A stretch of 64,000 bases of DNA from Bigelowiella natans CCMP2755 (GCA_000320545.1 ADNK01001860.1:1-64000); one strand, 5' to 3'; numbered from the stretch's first letter, positions 12,470-25,074 are shown. Translations and numbers: made by a program. The notes: generated from the letters alone by a model not told the origin.

Positions 12470-13075
12470 TGAACAATGATGATGAATTGCACTTCCAAAT
12501 TGTTGCGAGACACTTGCAGTGCACGATCGAAACGCAGTGCCTCGTCGAACTGGCTTCAGTGAGGTCTGGCTGGCTTGACCAGCAGGTTTTTGAAATTGGC
12601 AATCTGGCCATCGTGGAACAATTCAGTCATCAGCAGCAATGAACAATGAACAATGATGAAAAACAACACTTTGGATGGCGTCGACATGGGAACAATGAGA
12701 ACAACGATGAAAAACCACACTTCCAAAGTGTGACAAGACACTTGCAATGAACAACAATGAACAATGATGATGAACTACGTTTCCAAAATGTTGCAAGACA
12801 TTTGCAGTGTGCGAAACGCAGTGCCTCGAACTGGCTTCAGTGAGGACTGCAACTGGCAAACCAGCAGGTTTTCTCAAGTTGGTGCAATTTGGCTGCTGTG
12901 AGACAATGCAGCTAGCAGCAATGTGGCGACGGCGCAAGGCATCTGCTCTGAGTAGGAACTTCCTAAACGCCATGTCCACACGATGGTCCATGTTCAGATC
13001 CTCCGAAGGAGCACCCAGCAAAACTTGCAGTGTGTGCATGTGCAGTGCCTCGAACTGGCTTCAGTGAGGACTGTG
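12470..13075 (+). repeat. Dispersed repeat family (AACAATG-rich; core cttccaaaa..ttgcaagacacttgcagtg...gcagtgcctcgaactggcttcagtgagg), several partial units
   Basis: The core recurs at ~12490-12565, ~12715-12850 and ~13040-13072. The same family occurs at 16866-17563, 42036-42152 (-) and 42730-42800. Confidence 0.85.
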
Positions 13076-13456
13076 CCAACGCGAATTTTCCATTTCTACA
13101 TTGCGACAAGCCATTTCTGTTGTGCAACAGAGAAAACCTACCACGGTTCTAATAAGGTATAATGTTATGGTATTTTTAGGATGCGACATGACATTTTTGC
13201 GTACATACACATGTATTTGTTTGTAATGCAAAGTTAGTAGTCTTGTTGCTCAGGCATTCGTAACTGCTCCGACAACAAATGAAAAATACCAAAGGCAAAA
13301 TTACTCTCATTTGATTTATTTTATTGGTGATTTCTAGTCTGCGACACGGATGTTTAGCTCATGAGTGCAATGGAATATTTCAAATATTTTTTCGCATAAA
13401 GTTGAATTCATTTCTCATCTGATCGCTGGCCGCTCACCTCATTGGCTACGTGGAAA

Positions 13457-13909
13457 ATGCGATCGCTCATCTGCATATCTACAACCTTGCTGTGCATGCT
13501 TCCGAGCAGCCTCTGCCTCAACTCGATGATCAACGAAATCGTCGAGCCATCAAATCCTGAGTACCCATCAGTACGCACAAACGTGTCTTTTAAAATAGGA
13601 GCTCAAACGTTCCTAAAAGAGAATCGTACAGCAGAGACTGTAACCACTGCGTACCCAAGCCCCTACTTCGCTAATTTTGTCGATGAGTTTGGTTCTGATG
13701 AAGGAAAGGAAGAGGCTGCTAGCCCTGCTTCCGCAGCATCGTATCCTAGCTCTATATCAACCAAGCATCACATTGATGGGATAACTTTGGAGGGGAGAAG
13801 AGAGACTGATGGTTACGTGATAAACATGACTGAGGTAAAATCTGACGCGCAGCCAAGCTCCGATGCTACAGACACTGTACCAGAATCTGTTCCAGAATCT
13901 AAAAACTAA
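13457..13909 (+). CDS. Hypothetical secreted protein (~150 aa), single exon
   Basis: Uninterrupted ORF with an N-terminal signal-peptide-like stretch (MRSLICISTTLLCMLPSSLC), a Ser/Thr/Glu-rich body and AT-rich flanks. No family was recognised. Confidence 0.55.
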   Translation: MRSLICISTTLLCMLPSSLCLNSMINEIVEPSNPEYPSVRTNVSFKIGAQTFLKENRTAETVTTAYPSPYFANFVDEFGSDEGKEEAASPASAASYPSSISTKHHIDGITLEGRRETDGYVINMTEVKSDAQPSSDATDTVPESVPESKN

Positions 13910-15878
13910 TCGAATAACCCTGAACTATTAGTCATTATCTCGATCCCTTCTGCATCATATATAGCAACTCTTAACCATGTTAATACCTCAACCATTCATC
14001 TTTCTCTATATTTTTTACTGCAGTTAAATCTAAACCTTATTGCTATTGAATCTATAGGATGTTAAGCTACTTAATAGGTCCTAACCGACAACCAATATTC
14101 ATCATGATTTTCTTGAAGTTAGCCGAATGACTGAGCTAGTTCAAGGCATCATATGACGAATTTCATTATTCTTTGTAGTGCTTCAAATCTGGTTTTAAAG
14201 GCGTTATTATTAAACAATTTATTATTATTAAAACATTGCACATTCCACAAAGCGAGAGTACTGTAATTGATGCCAATAGTCTTAGCTGATACGACAGCGA
14301 GCGTATGTATGTACGTAGGACTGTCAGGCTAGGTACCCATATAATTGCTATGTCTGTGGCTTGCTATGCATCTACTCCGTGTGCATGTTCTAGATGTTGT
14401 ACGAGGAGCACATACGTACGCGTGGATGAGTCCATGGCGCATTACCGTATCAGACAAAGCCAACCGCTTGCATGTAGACACTCTAACACATGTAATCGCT
14501 ACATGTGTCTCATGCTATGTGCTTGATTGATCTCACCTGAAGATGCCATGGGCTGCTTAGCTAGCATCGCATGTACGTGCATGCTGCTTGCAGGCATGTT
14601 TCGTCACATCATGCACAACAAGGTGGCAACTGAAATCGCTATGTGCGTGCACATGACTTTTCCTACTAGCATTGCACCCCGAGTCTCCAATTTTCACACC
14701 CTCAGATCTCCGCTAGAATGATCCCTGTCTCCAGCATGTCCATCTGCTAGCTTGCTAGCAAGGGATAATGCCAAACTGTATGTGAAACCCGATGCATGCA
14801 TGAGCATGAGCATGCAATTTTCATCGTTATTTGTGTGTGCTCTATAGTGCGTTGCCGCACACAGCGCTCTCCGCCCATGCACGTGTGAGACGGATGCAAC
14901 GAATTGTTGATTGAATCTTGTCAATGGTCATTCTGTGTCAGCTGTGCAATGCAGCGGCTCATGCATGCATGTGAGTCTGTGTGCACGTTGAATGCACACG
15001 TGCGTGTGATGTGTGCAACACATTGCTGTGTCCATCATCATGCACTGGTGCACTTGAAATCCACGCACAAATCAGCACTCATGTGCACATGCCGGCGGAC
15101 AGTCTGCTTGCCAGGTGGCACGGCATCCCTGAATCTCTGGCACCTGTCTAGCTGTCCACCATCACTGCCCAGCTGCATGCCACTGCTGGAGGAGGTGTGT
15201 GGTCAGTCTGCGACCACCAATGAGCACGTGCAGGTGCGAGCGCGCACGCATGCGTGCAAGTGGGCGTGCATGTTGCCCACGCTTTGTTGTTTCTTGCACT
15301 TTCGTGCAGGCAGGCATCGTCACTTGGGGTCAGGTCACACGTCCACCACCAGACCACGTGGTCTAGCTGGTCACGTGGAGGCGTGCAACGCAAGTTGCAC
15401 GCTCAATGAACACACGAATGGCAGGGGCGTGCGAAGCTGCAACGCTGGAACGCTCGGTTGCAACTTTTGGGAGCATCGCCTCGGTGTTCGTTCCGCGACA
15501 CGCAGTTGGACCACGTGCATGGTGTCGTGATTCAGGGAAAAGTGTCGGGGAGTTTTCCCGAACTTTTGGCCACTGTGACTGCGCAGTGTGGTGTTGCTGG
15601 GATGCTGTGTGCCCAGCGCGTGCGACGTGCATTGGCGCGCAAGCAGCTGGTTCAGCATGCTCCAAACGACCTGCAAGCAAGCGGGCATCAGTTTTGTGGA
15701 CGTGAATCTGCAACAGCACACATTGTCACGGTTGTGTTGCTGGCGCTGCGCAATGCAACTGCAAGATGGTCCACGTCTTTCACGACACCACGTGTGTTGC
15801 GTGTTCCACATGATTCTTCACATTGGCCACGGGACAACGTGATGCTTCCGAGATCGCCCACTGTGCAAATGGCGCACA

Positions 15879-16720
15879 TCAACTCTTGTGTGTCTGGTTT
15901 TTCGTGGTCATGGCGACCACTGCCGCCCCCAACCCTCGCTTCAATTCCGTGCTCAACGTGTGCAAATCCCTCAAGTCTCTTTTGAACACCTGAACCCGTC
16001 GCTCAATGCAATTTTGCTTGATGAACACTTTGAGTTCGTCATGGTTCGTCAAGTCACAGGAAGTGTGCCCATTTCTGTTTTTGGCCTCAACATTTGCCTT
16101 CACGTCAACCAGGCACTTCACGATCTCAAAATTGCCCTCCCTTGAACCCGCGATTGACAGAGCATCACCTGGTGTCAAATCGACCACATCTTCACATTTT
16201 TGCAATTTTGAGTGTCATTTTTCCAAATGACAACGATGCATCCTCAACAAATGTCAAAACACAAAATTGCAACCGCCGGACGTTTGTTTCCCAAGACAAA
16301 TCACAACTCACATCCACAGAAATGGCGCTCTCTCTCACTGCTTCTGCTGCCATCAGTGTCACCAAACCCATTGTCAATGCCACTTTCCACTTCTGTTTCC
16401 ACTGCCACTGCTGACACTTTGCTGAGTGTTCAACCTGACATCCAACACCACGTGTGCTGTCAATCACTCAACACTCCAACTGCGCGACAATGTCAACGCT
16501 GCCGCTGCTGCCCACCGAGAGGGCCTCGTTCCTCAACGTTTGCTTTTCCCCCAATCAAACGCTTCAGATGGGGAAGGTCGTTGCCGCACATTGCTTTGAA
16601 GGTGTTGCTGCTGGCAAGGGTCGGGTGTTTGCTCGAAGTGGTCACATCGACTTTTTCAATGCTGATGGCTCCTTCGGAAGGCGCGCAGGCGCCCATTTCC
16701 CACAACCCGGTCAATTTCAA
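15879..16720 (-). pseudogene. Degraded ankyrin-repeat gene fragment inside a TpA-free block
   Basis: Ankyrin-like peptides GDALSIAGSREGNFEIVKCLVDVKANVEAKNRNGHTSCDL and AMCGNDLPHLKRLIGGKANVEERGPLGG lie in discontinuous frames. There is no Tyr; Cys/His occupy positions where ankyrin repeats often have Tyr. Confidence 0.7.
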
Positions 16721-16865
16721 TGGACAATTTCGTTGCGCTCCACCACTCTCAGAGTTGATTTGCTCGTGTGTCTGCGTGTTGCTTGTGTGTCAGCAGCGGG
16801 CACCAAGAGCATCATTGAAACTGCATGCACATTGCTAGATCTGCGTGCACCACGTTTTGAACTTT

Positions 16866-17563
16866 CGAACAATGAACAATGATGATGAACCACACTTCCA
16901 AAACGTTGCAAGACACTTGCAGTGTTCGAAATGCAGTGCCTCGAACTGGCTTCAGTGAGGACTGTGACTAGCAAATCAACTGGCTGGTTTTTCAAATTGG
17001 CATGATTTGGTCATTGTGTTGCAATGACACCAGCGGCAAAACACTGACGGCGCAAGACCTCCACTCTGAGCAAAAACTTCCTGAAGGCCATGTCCACATG
17101 ACGATCTACGTTTGGATCATCCGAGGGGGGCCCCAGCAAAACTTTGGTTTCGAACGAACGAACAATGAACAATGATGATGAACCACACTTCCAAAACGTT
17201 GCAAGACACTTTCGAATTTCCCGTTCTGACCGGAAACAATGAAACAATGAAACAATGATGAAAAACTACACTTCCAAAGTGTTGCAAGACACTTGCAGCG
17301 TGCAAAATGCAGTGCCTCGAACTGGTTTCAGTGAGGACTGTGACTAGCAAATCAACTAGCTGGTTTGCCAAAATGGCATCACATGACTTGGTCATTGAGA
17401 AGCAATGACATTGGCAGCAAAATTCTGACGGCGCAAGACCTCCACTCTGAGCAAAAACTTCCTGAAGGCCATGTCCACATGACGATCTACGATTGGATCA
17501 TGCATCTGAGGGGGCCCCCAGCAGAATTTTGGTTTTGGAGGAGTCAATGAACAATGAACAATG
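16866..17563 (+). repeat. Two tandem ~300-330-bp copies of the AACAATG repeat family
   Basis: 16866-17165 and ~17235-17563 share gcaagacctccactctgagcaaaaacttcctgaaggccatgtccacatgacgatctacg and flanking sequence. Both are homologous to ~12745-13030. Confidence 0.9.
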
Positions 17564-17913
17564 AAGAAAGAGTCTGGAGCGTCAAAGAATGAAGAGTGGA
17601 GGGAAGAAGCTGAACCCAGAGCTGGAAACTGGATTTCATCACAGGATTCAGTCTGTTTGCCGGGCAAAAGTGTTGCGATTGTTCTGGCATGCCAAATGAC
17701 CTAGCGATCGCCTTCTGGGTTTGTCTCGGCTTGCAAAAATGTCATCGTCAATGAATTTCGAGCACATCAAATTTGGGCATTTTTGCCCATTTGGAACCTC
17801 CCCATCATCATCATTGTCATCATCATCATCATTGGCTTGCTCGCCCCTTTCTTCACTGCCCCACTGAAGTCTCTAGTGCAACCGGATACGAGCAGTGGGA
17901 TTCTCTCCGAGCA

Positions 17914-19539
17914 ATGGGGCCGGGGTCTGTTCACAAGGCCGCCCTACGTCACTTGAATGCTGTTCGGAATTCCTACAAAGTTGATTCAAGCGTCCTCAGC
18001 CGGACAATTTCTCCCTCGCTTCTTGTGTTTATGAGCAAGGTAATGTTGCATTGACGTGCTCACTCGCTTTCCAAAGGGAGCGAGCGTGCGTGTATGAGTC
18101 TTCCTGATATGAATCTTCCTGACAACTATCAGGTCCGAGCGAACAGCCAGTGCATCATCGAGAAGGTAGGAGGCCCTAACAGATGGCGCCCGCACCTGAA
18201 AACCACCAAGCTCCCCTCGGTGTGGAGAGAGCTTTACAAACAGGTATGGTTTGTGATGACGTACAAGCTCGCATTTGAGCAATGGAATGTGCATACACCA
18301 CATGTAGGGGGTGAAAAACTACAAGTGTGCAACATGCCGCGAAGCACGCGTATTCTTAGAGAGTCTGGATGCAGAGTTGAGGGAGGGTTGGAACGAAGGA
18401 GAGGGTGATTCAGCAGCAGCAGCAGACCTTCTTGTCGCATACCCCGCACTCGGGCCGAACTTGGAAGAGGTGGCAAACCTCGCAGCTCAGAACCCTTGGT
18501 GCCAAATTTCAATTCTCTGCGATCATACATCGGCCCCTGAGCGTGTCACTGAGGCGAAGAATCTAGGAGTGTACGTCGACGTCAACCCCGGCATGAATCG
18601 CACGGGCATTCCTTACACGGAAAGGGAGGCCATTCTTGAAATATGTGCCAAAGCTGATGATCAATTGTAATAAGCATAAAATTTATATATACTCACCTAA
18701 TCTAGCTAGAATTCTTATAGACCTGCCTATCTGAAACTTCGTAACAACACAGGATCGATACATCTCCCCTCCCTCACATGTGCCTGCGTGCGTGCGTCTG
18801 TCTGTGTGTGTGTGTGTGTTCGTATGCGTGTGTTTTTTAACGTAGCAAGGGCATTCATTTCTACGAAGGACACATGACGGAGCTATCTTTTGAGAAGAGG
18901 CGAGAGAAGGCGTTTGAGGGCTATGATCGACTATTTGAGCTGCTAGAGTATCTGGTGGGGAATGGAATCTCCATATCAGAGGTCGTCACGAGTGGAACCC
19001 CATCATTTACGTGTGCAATTCAGTATCCATCCTTCGGAAATAACTCTTTTATGATGGGAGGGCAAAAAATTACGCACCGCGTGTCTCCTGGTACAGTGGT
19101 ATTTTCTGATCATCGTTCTGAGATGCAGAACCCAGGGCTGGGGCTGCAGCCAGCAGCCGTCGTATATTCTCGGGTGATAAGTCATCCTACTCCAAATATC
19201 GTCACATTCGATGCAGGCTCGAAATCGCTGGCTGCAGAGGTACAGCCCGTCGCCTTTGTGATGGGCCATGCAGATGTGCTCACACCGCTTACGCCAAGCG
19301 AAGAGCACTTCCCGCAGCAGCACGATGATCTGTCGGCAGATGATGTTGAGCGCCTATTTGGAATCGGATCTGGCCACCTCCTCGTCCCATCACACATCTG
19401 TCCAACGGTCAATCTCGCTGAGAAGGCTGTTATTATTGATGGTGATGAGAACGAAACGCTATACTCGGTAACGGACGTGAGGGCCCGCGCTCATGATGTT
19501 GGATGGGGCGGAAGCATGATTATCCAAAACGGTAAATAA
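17914..19539 (+). CDS. PLP-dependent D-threonine aldolase / D-serine dehydratase-like enzyme (alanine racemase fold); exons ~17914-18039, 18133-18243, 18308-18666, 18846-19539
   Basis: Motifs SPSLLV, RWRPHLKTTK (PLP lysine), VYVDVNPGMNRTG, GIHFYEGH, SGTPSF, DAGSKS, SEEH and PSHICPTVNL; the GT-AG junctions join in frame. Confidence 0.9.
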
Positions 19540-20789
19540 CGGGAAGACATCGCATCTAAACCCGTCGCTGCGCTGCCGACGTCATTATTCGTGTGTGACA
19601 ATGTTAAGACTAATTTGCATAAGTCTTTCAAAAGATATATATATAATAATAACTAAACGGCATTGCTGGCTGCAAATTTTGTGTGCATGCTAGCATGTCT
19701 AGATGTGCATCGCTGCATCAATTTCTTAGTTGAGCCGAGAAAAGGCTCTTATCTGTGCTAGATCGGACAATGGCAAGGAGCTATAAATAATAAGTGCACG
19801 CAGCTTGCAGGCATGCTGGAATGTGCATTGCACACATGCTATCAGAGTCATAGTTAATGCTTGCATGCAGGCTTTCACGCCTCTGTGCATAGCTATGACT
19901 TAAGTTCTTCTCAATCTCGCCTATCAGAAGTTGCTGAACTGAGATTGATAATATGTGCAATACCAACAGTAAAATTGTTACCCTGCTAGCCTGTACAGTT
20001 ACTATTACGCAATAATGCAAAATGGGATGTGCGTGTGCGAGCGGCCAAGCTAGCAAGTGTTACATAGCAACGTACAGTGTAGGTTCTGTGCAAGCGATAA
20101 CTCTATCATCTATTGAAGCACAATATCTGCTCGTCAGATTGTGCGGGCACGTAGCGTGCGCGAACATTGCACCGATATATTCGTAGAAGTTCTTCACACG
20201 ATATCAAAACAAAATATGATGTTATTATATGAACTACGGTATGCTAGCTATTAGGTACATACATGGTTAGCGCATGCTGCACGTGGAGCGTGGGGACAGC
20301 GAAATGTTGCACGGTGCACAAGCTTTCACACAGACCATTTGCCCTTCAGTAATAACGCACAGTCGTTGGTTCGGGACATATGACATTGCCTTGCGGTATT
20401 TTCCGTGTATTTGACTTTAATCATTTATCAATGTACTTTGGTCCAAGCTTGAGCAGTTAGTTGCTCTCGAGTCATTGAAATTGTTCCATACGTTTGAACT
20501 ACCATCACAGCTTAAAGACGGAGACTTGAAACTTCAAATATAGAAAGAAATACATGCGTATCTGTGTATATGTACATTCGATGTCATATTTGTTTGAGGG
20601 GTGTACGTGCACAAACTCAGTGCCTAGCTAACCACTGCTCACCGCCGTCGATCTTTTGCACGAAAAAACGGATTTTGCAACTTTTAACAACAATCGATCA
20701 ACGTGGGGACGGTGCGGAAGAAGGAAAAACAGAAGAAGAGAGTACATAAACTAATAGAGGTTACGGAGATATTGTTACATATTAAGAAA

Positions 20790-21004
20790 TCAGTAGAAGA
20801 CTCGCCGTAGTATAGCAGCCGCAATTGCTGCTGAGAAAACGATAGTTAACATTGCTGTACTTCTGCTCACCATCGTAGATAATGAAGGGGTAATGATGAT
20901 AGGGAAATAGCTACGAAGATGCAGTATATATGATGGAAATAAGAAGGTAGGAAGAGTAGTGGCTCTGGCCCCTTCCGACTTGTTGTTGAGCTTTCGATGA
21001 TGTA

Positions 21005-21036
<32 letters not shown>

Positions 21037-22316
21037 TCCATGCGTGAGCGGTGCTCGTTGTTTACACGAAGATCACGTGAGTTCTGCATAAATGTCCAGG
21101 CAATCTTTGGCCAGTAGCTGCCGCTGTCTGCACCCGGAAGCCAGTGACAGTCATCATCCTTATCGTAGGAAAGACATGGGAGGAGGGGGGAGGGGGGAGA
21201 CGGAGATGATGAGAACAGAAGTAGGCTGATGCATAACATATGCCCTACGACTAATAAATACGGTTCCAGCAATATTTTTATGCGACATATACACATTCTC
21301 AATGATCGACAAAATCAAGCACTGACAGGTCAAGAAACAGGAGGAGCTCATCATCATCGTACCACAGCAAATGTATGGTAGTGTAGGAATAGCACTCCGT
21401 AATAATACCTGAAATGGATAGCAGTGCTTCCCATCGAAGAAGCAGGAGACAGTGACTGGAACATGCCTCTTTTCCATCTTCCTCATGGGGTTGCTGCTGT
21501 TACTATTAATGCTGCTCTTTGTGGAATCGTCCTTCTCTTTCTCACAATGAGCATCATCTTTGGCATTGCAGTTTTCGTCAGCATTATCATTATCGTCGAT
21601 GATGGTAGTAGTAGTAGTCGTCGCAGCTACCACCGTGCACTCGAAACCATTGATTCCATCGTAGGGAGTTCGGTACCTCCTCCTGATTATGATGATGATG
21701 ATCATCATCATCATCAACAACAATGCTTATTCTTCGTCATCACAGTATGACTATACTTTTTTTAATTCATGCACGCACATGTGTGTATAAAAACTTTATG
21801 TGGATAACTCTCTCTCTCCTCCCCCCCCCACCCCCTCTCTCTGACTTTGCTTTTATATATGTGTATGTGTATGAATGTGTGTGTGTGTGTGTGAGAGAGA
21901 GAGGAGAAGATAGTGAGCGAGTGCATCTATATGCTTGCTTACTTTGAATGCTTCTTCCAGGTATGAAAGCCACTCGTCGATACGTTGGTAACATAGGGTA
22001 GCGATCCAGCCTATGTTCCAATTGAGAAGGATTGAGTGCCAGCAAACGAGCGACGGATATGATGACAACCACGACGACGACGACGATGATATTGTCGTTA
22101 AACAGGAATACATGCTTGCGGAAAGGCACTGTCAAACAGCATTTAAACAACACGAATGTTACAGGCATATCATGTACCCAGTCGTTGAGAAAGTTATGGT
22201 GAAGCTGGTAGTAGTAGCCTACACGCCAACATCATATCATCAAACAATGCGAACATCAATGAATAACGGCTGATAGCTTTTATCTTTAATCTCTCTCTTC
22301 ACAACCCTCCTATTTC

Positions 22317-22365
<49 letters not shown>

Positions 22366-22671
22366 GCGCACACGCACACAGTCTTCTTCCCCCCTTCTTC
22401 TTCTTCTTCTTCTTCTAGGTGCTATGAACGTTGTGAGCTCTTATTCCTACCGTCCCCGGAGATACAGTAGTCCGATTTAAGAAAGTCCTCAGAAGCGCCA
22501 GGGCAAGCAGGGCACTTCGCAAGAATGTGATAACAATGAGGAAATAAGAGAGCAATGAGACGATGCGATGATTCACTGATGATGATGATGATGATGATGA
22601 TGATGTCGTTGAAATGGAGTCACACGTTAAATTTTGAAACTGAATTGCTTGTCCTATCCTGATTGCATGCA

Positions 22672-22714
<43 letters not shown>

Positions 22715-23534
22715 CAGTAATGCTGATTTCAAGACTGATTTGATTGCCAATAAGATAGGAATCACAGCAATGCGAATGCAGTGATGACAACAATAAGAAT
22801 AATAATACTTGCGTTTGCTTGTTGCACGCGTACTCACCACTTTCCGGTCGGGGTGTAGTTTCGTCTCTTCTTCCACCGACGACGGCCTATTTGAAGGGTT
22901 GTTCTGCTGCTGCTGCAGCAGCCATTGTGGTAGCGTTCCGTTGCACTAATCGTAGTGAGATAGGCCGGGAGAAGGAGCAATTAAAGTAGTTGTGGAAAGT
23001 TGTGCATGCGTAAATATGTGTGTGTGTGTGTGTGTCTGTGTGTGTGTAAGAGAGAGAGACTCGAGTAGCTAGTTACGGATGATGACGTGATATGCTTGCT
23101 TCTAAGACTTCGCACACGCACATGCAGCAACACATATACCACCTACGAATTCTGACCTACCTTCATTATTTATAGTTTCTAAGCCGACAACAACACATTT
23201 AACTTAACACGTTGGTACTATAGTACCACCCTCTGCTCTCCTCTACTACTACTACTACTACTACTACTACTATTAGTACTACTACTGCTGCAGTAGCAGT
23301 ACCTTGCAATATGAGCCATCGGGATTGAGTGCATAACCGAGCTCCTTCTCTGCAGGTACTATCGAATCGCGCAATCCTTTGCGAATGACAACAACAACAA
23401 CAACAACAACAACAATGAAAGTTTGAGGAGAAATTGGGGGAGGAGTAGAGGGTGCACAGTCTACATCCGGACTAGTCAATAATAACAGCAGTAAGGATAT
23501 ATAATACTACTACTACTACTACACACACACACAT

Positions 23535-23593
<59 letters not shown>

Positions 23594-24827
23594 CATTTTT
23601 GAGGGGGAGGCATACGATTGACAGAAGCATGAACGCACAATGTGTGTTTGAACGTGTACATATATGCGACGTACTACTACTACTACTACTACTACTACTA
23701 CGACGACTTACTACTCTTACTACCTCTCACTAATAAAACTGGAACAGTTGTCGTGTCCTTGATGGGATACGACGACAACAACGGAGCAGCGGAGGAGGCA
23801 ACGACCGAGGTGAAGGTAGAGGATAATAGGGAACCCACCTGATTAGAGAAACAATACAATAGAGATATAAATGTGCGTGTATCACCATCGTTGCTGACGC
23901 AGATCAATCAGTGATAGGCAAGATTTGGAAGGCCAATGATACTTTCTTCGATCGTTTCCATTGGAGCTTCACCGTTATTTTTTGGCGTGTTTCTGGCTTA
24001 TTCTTTCCATTGTTCTTTCTCACTTATCACCTGCAATGCCATCATCCCTCCCATCGATTGACCGGTGGCGTGGATATTTGTGGGATCGATAGAAAGATGT
24101 TCCTGTGGGTGACATTTACAACAACCAACAACAACAGCAATGACCAAACGTGCGCAATGGAAGGAAGATCGTTCGCCAGGCGTCATTATTCATTTCCCAT
24201 AAACGGGAGCTGGTAGTGGATGAAACTACCTTCAGATGCTCAACGAGACTGGATACCATTTGTGTGTCATTGTAGCAAGAACTTGTGTAATTTTTTTTTG
24301 GAGGGGGGGGGGGGGTTCGGTGCGTGTGTTGGTGGCGCAATGGTCGATTGATGAAATCGGCAACAATGAGAGCAATTGAGCAATTAATGAAAAGGGAGGG
24401 GATGAGGAGGAGGAGGAGGAGGAGGAGGAGGAAGAGTACCAAGAAAACACAAACAACAACAAGAACAAACGACCACGAACACAACAAGAAACATCGATCA
24501 CTCAGGGAATTCAGTCAGCATCTCCAATGAAGGTGCGACAGCAGAGAGTGCCTTGTCGCAAAACATAAGTGAGCGATTTTTGTCCATACACTCCGTGTGA
24601 CCACTACTTCCTTCCACCTTGATTCGGTACGAATGACATACATAAGGACATTGTTGCAGCATTGCTACCTCGAAACGCAAGGAGGGTTAAACTTGAGGCC
24701 AGGCAGATTGGGGAACTCCGCACATTTCTGTAAGCCTCCAATCATCAGACACGATTCGTAGCATGGATAGAGGCCGGCCTAATGGCAGCAGTGATAAGGA
24801 AGAAGGTTATGAAGTGTGCCTCAACTG

Positions 24828-24862
<35 letters not shown>

Positions 24863-25030
24863 GCTGCTACTACTATACGGTGCGCGCCCAGTACCCAGCT
24901 TCCATTGAGTTGAGGGACACAAAACCTGGAGGCGACCAAAAATCGAGGAATAGCAAGAAAACATCGTGATGTAACATTTGCTACTTTGCATAACTGCACG
25001 CACTCACGTACACGCCAACAATGCAATATA

Positions 25031-25074
<44 letters not shown>

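Noticed and set aside
14904-15985. Many long overlapping ORFs on both strands (Cys/His-rich, Tyr-free)
   Set aside because: They are an artefact of TpA loss, which removes TAA/TAG stops and Tyr codons. The same applies to ORFs at 6140-7200 and 11859-13067.
14850-17880. CpG-methylation decay or classical RIP as the cause of the TG/CA excess
   Set aside because: CpG remains plentiful (e.g. cgcgcacg, gcgcgtgcgacg) and TpA is lost rather than gained, which is opposite to both signatures.
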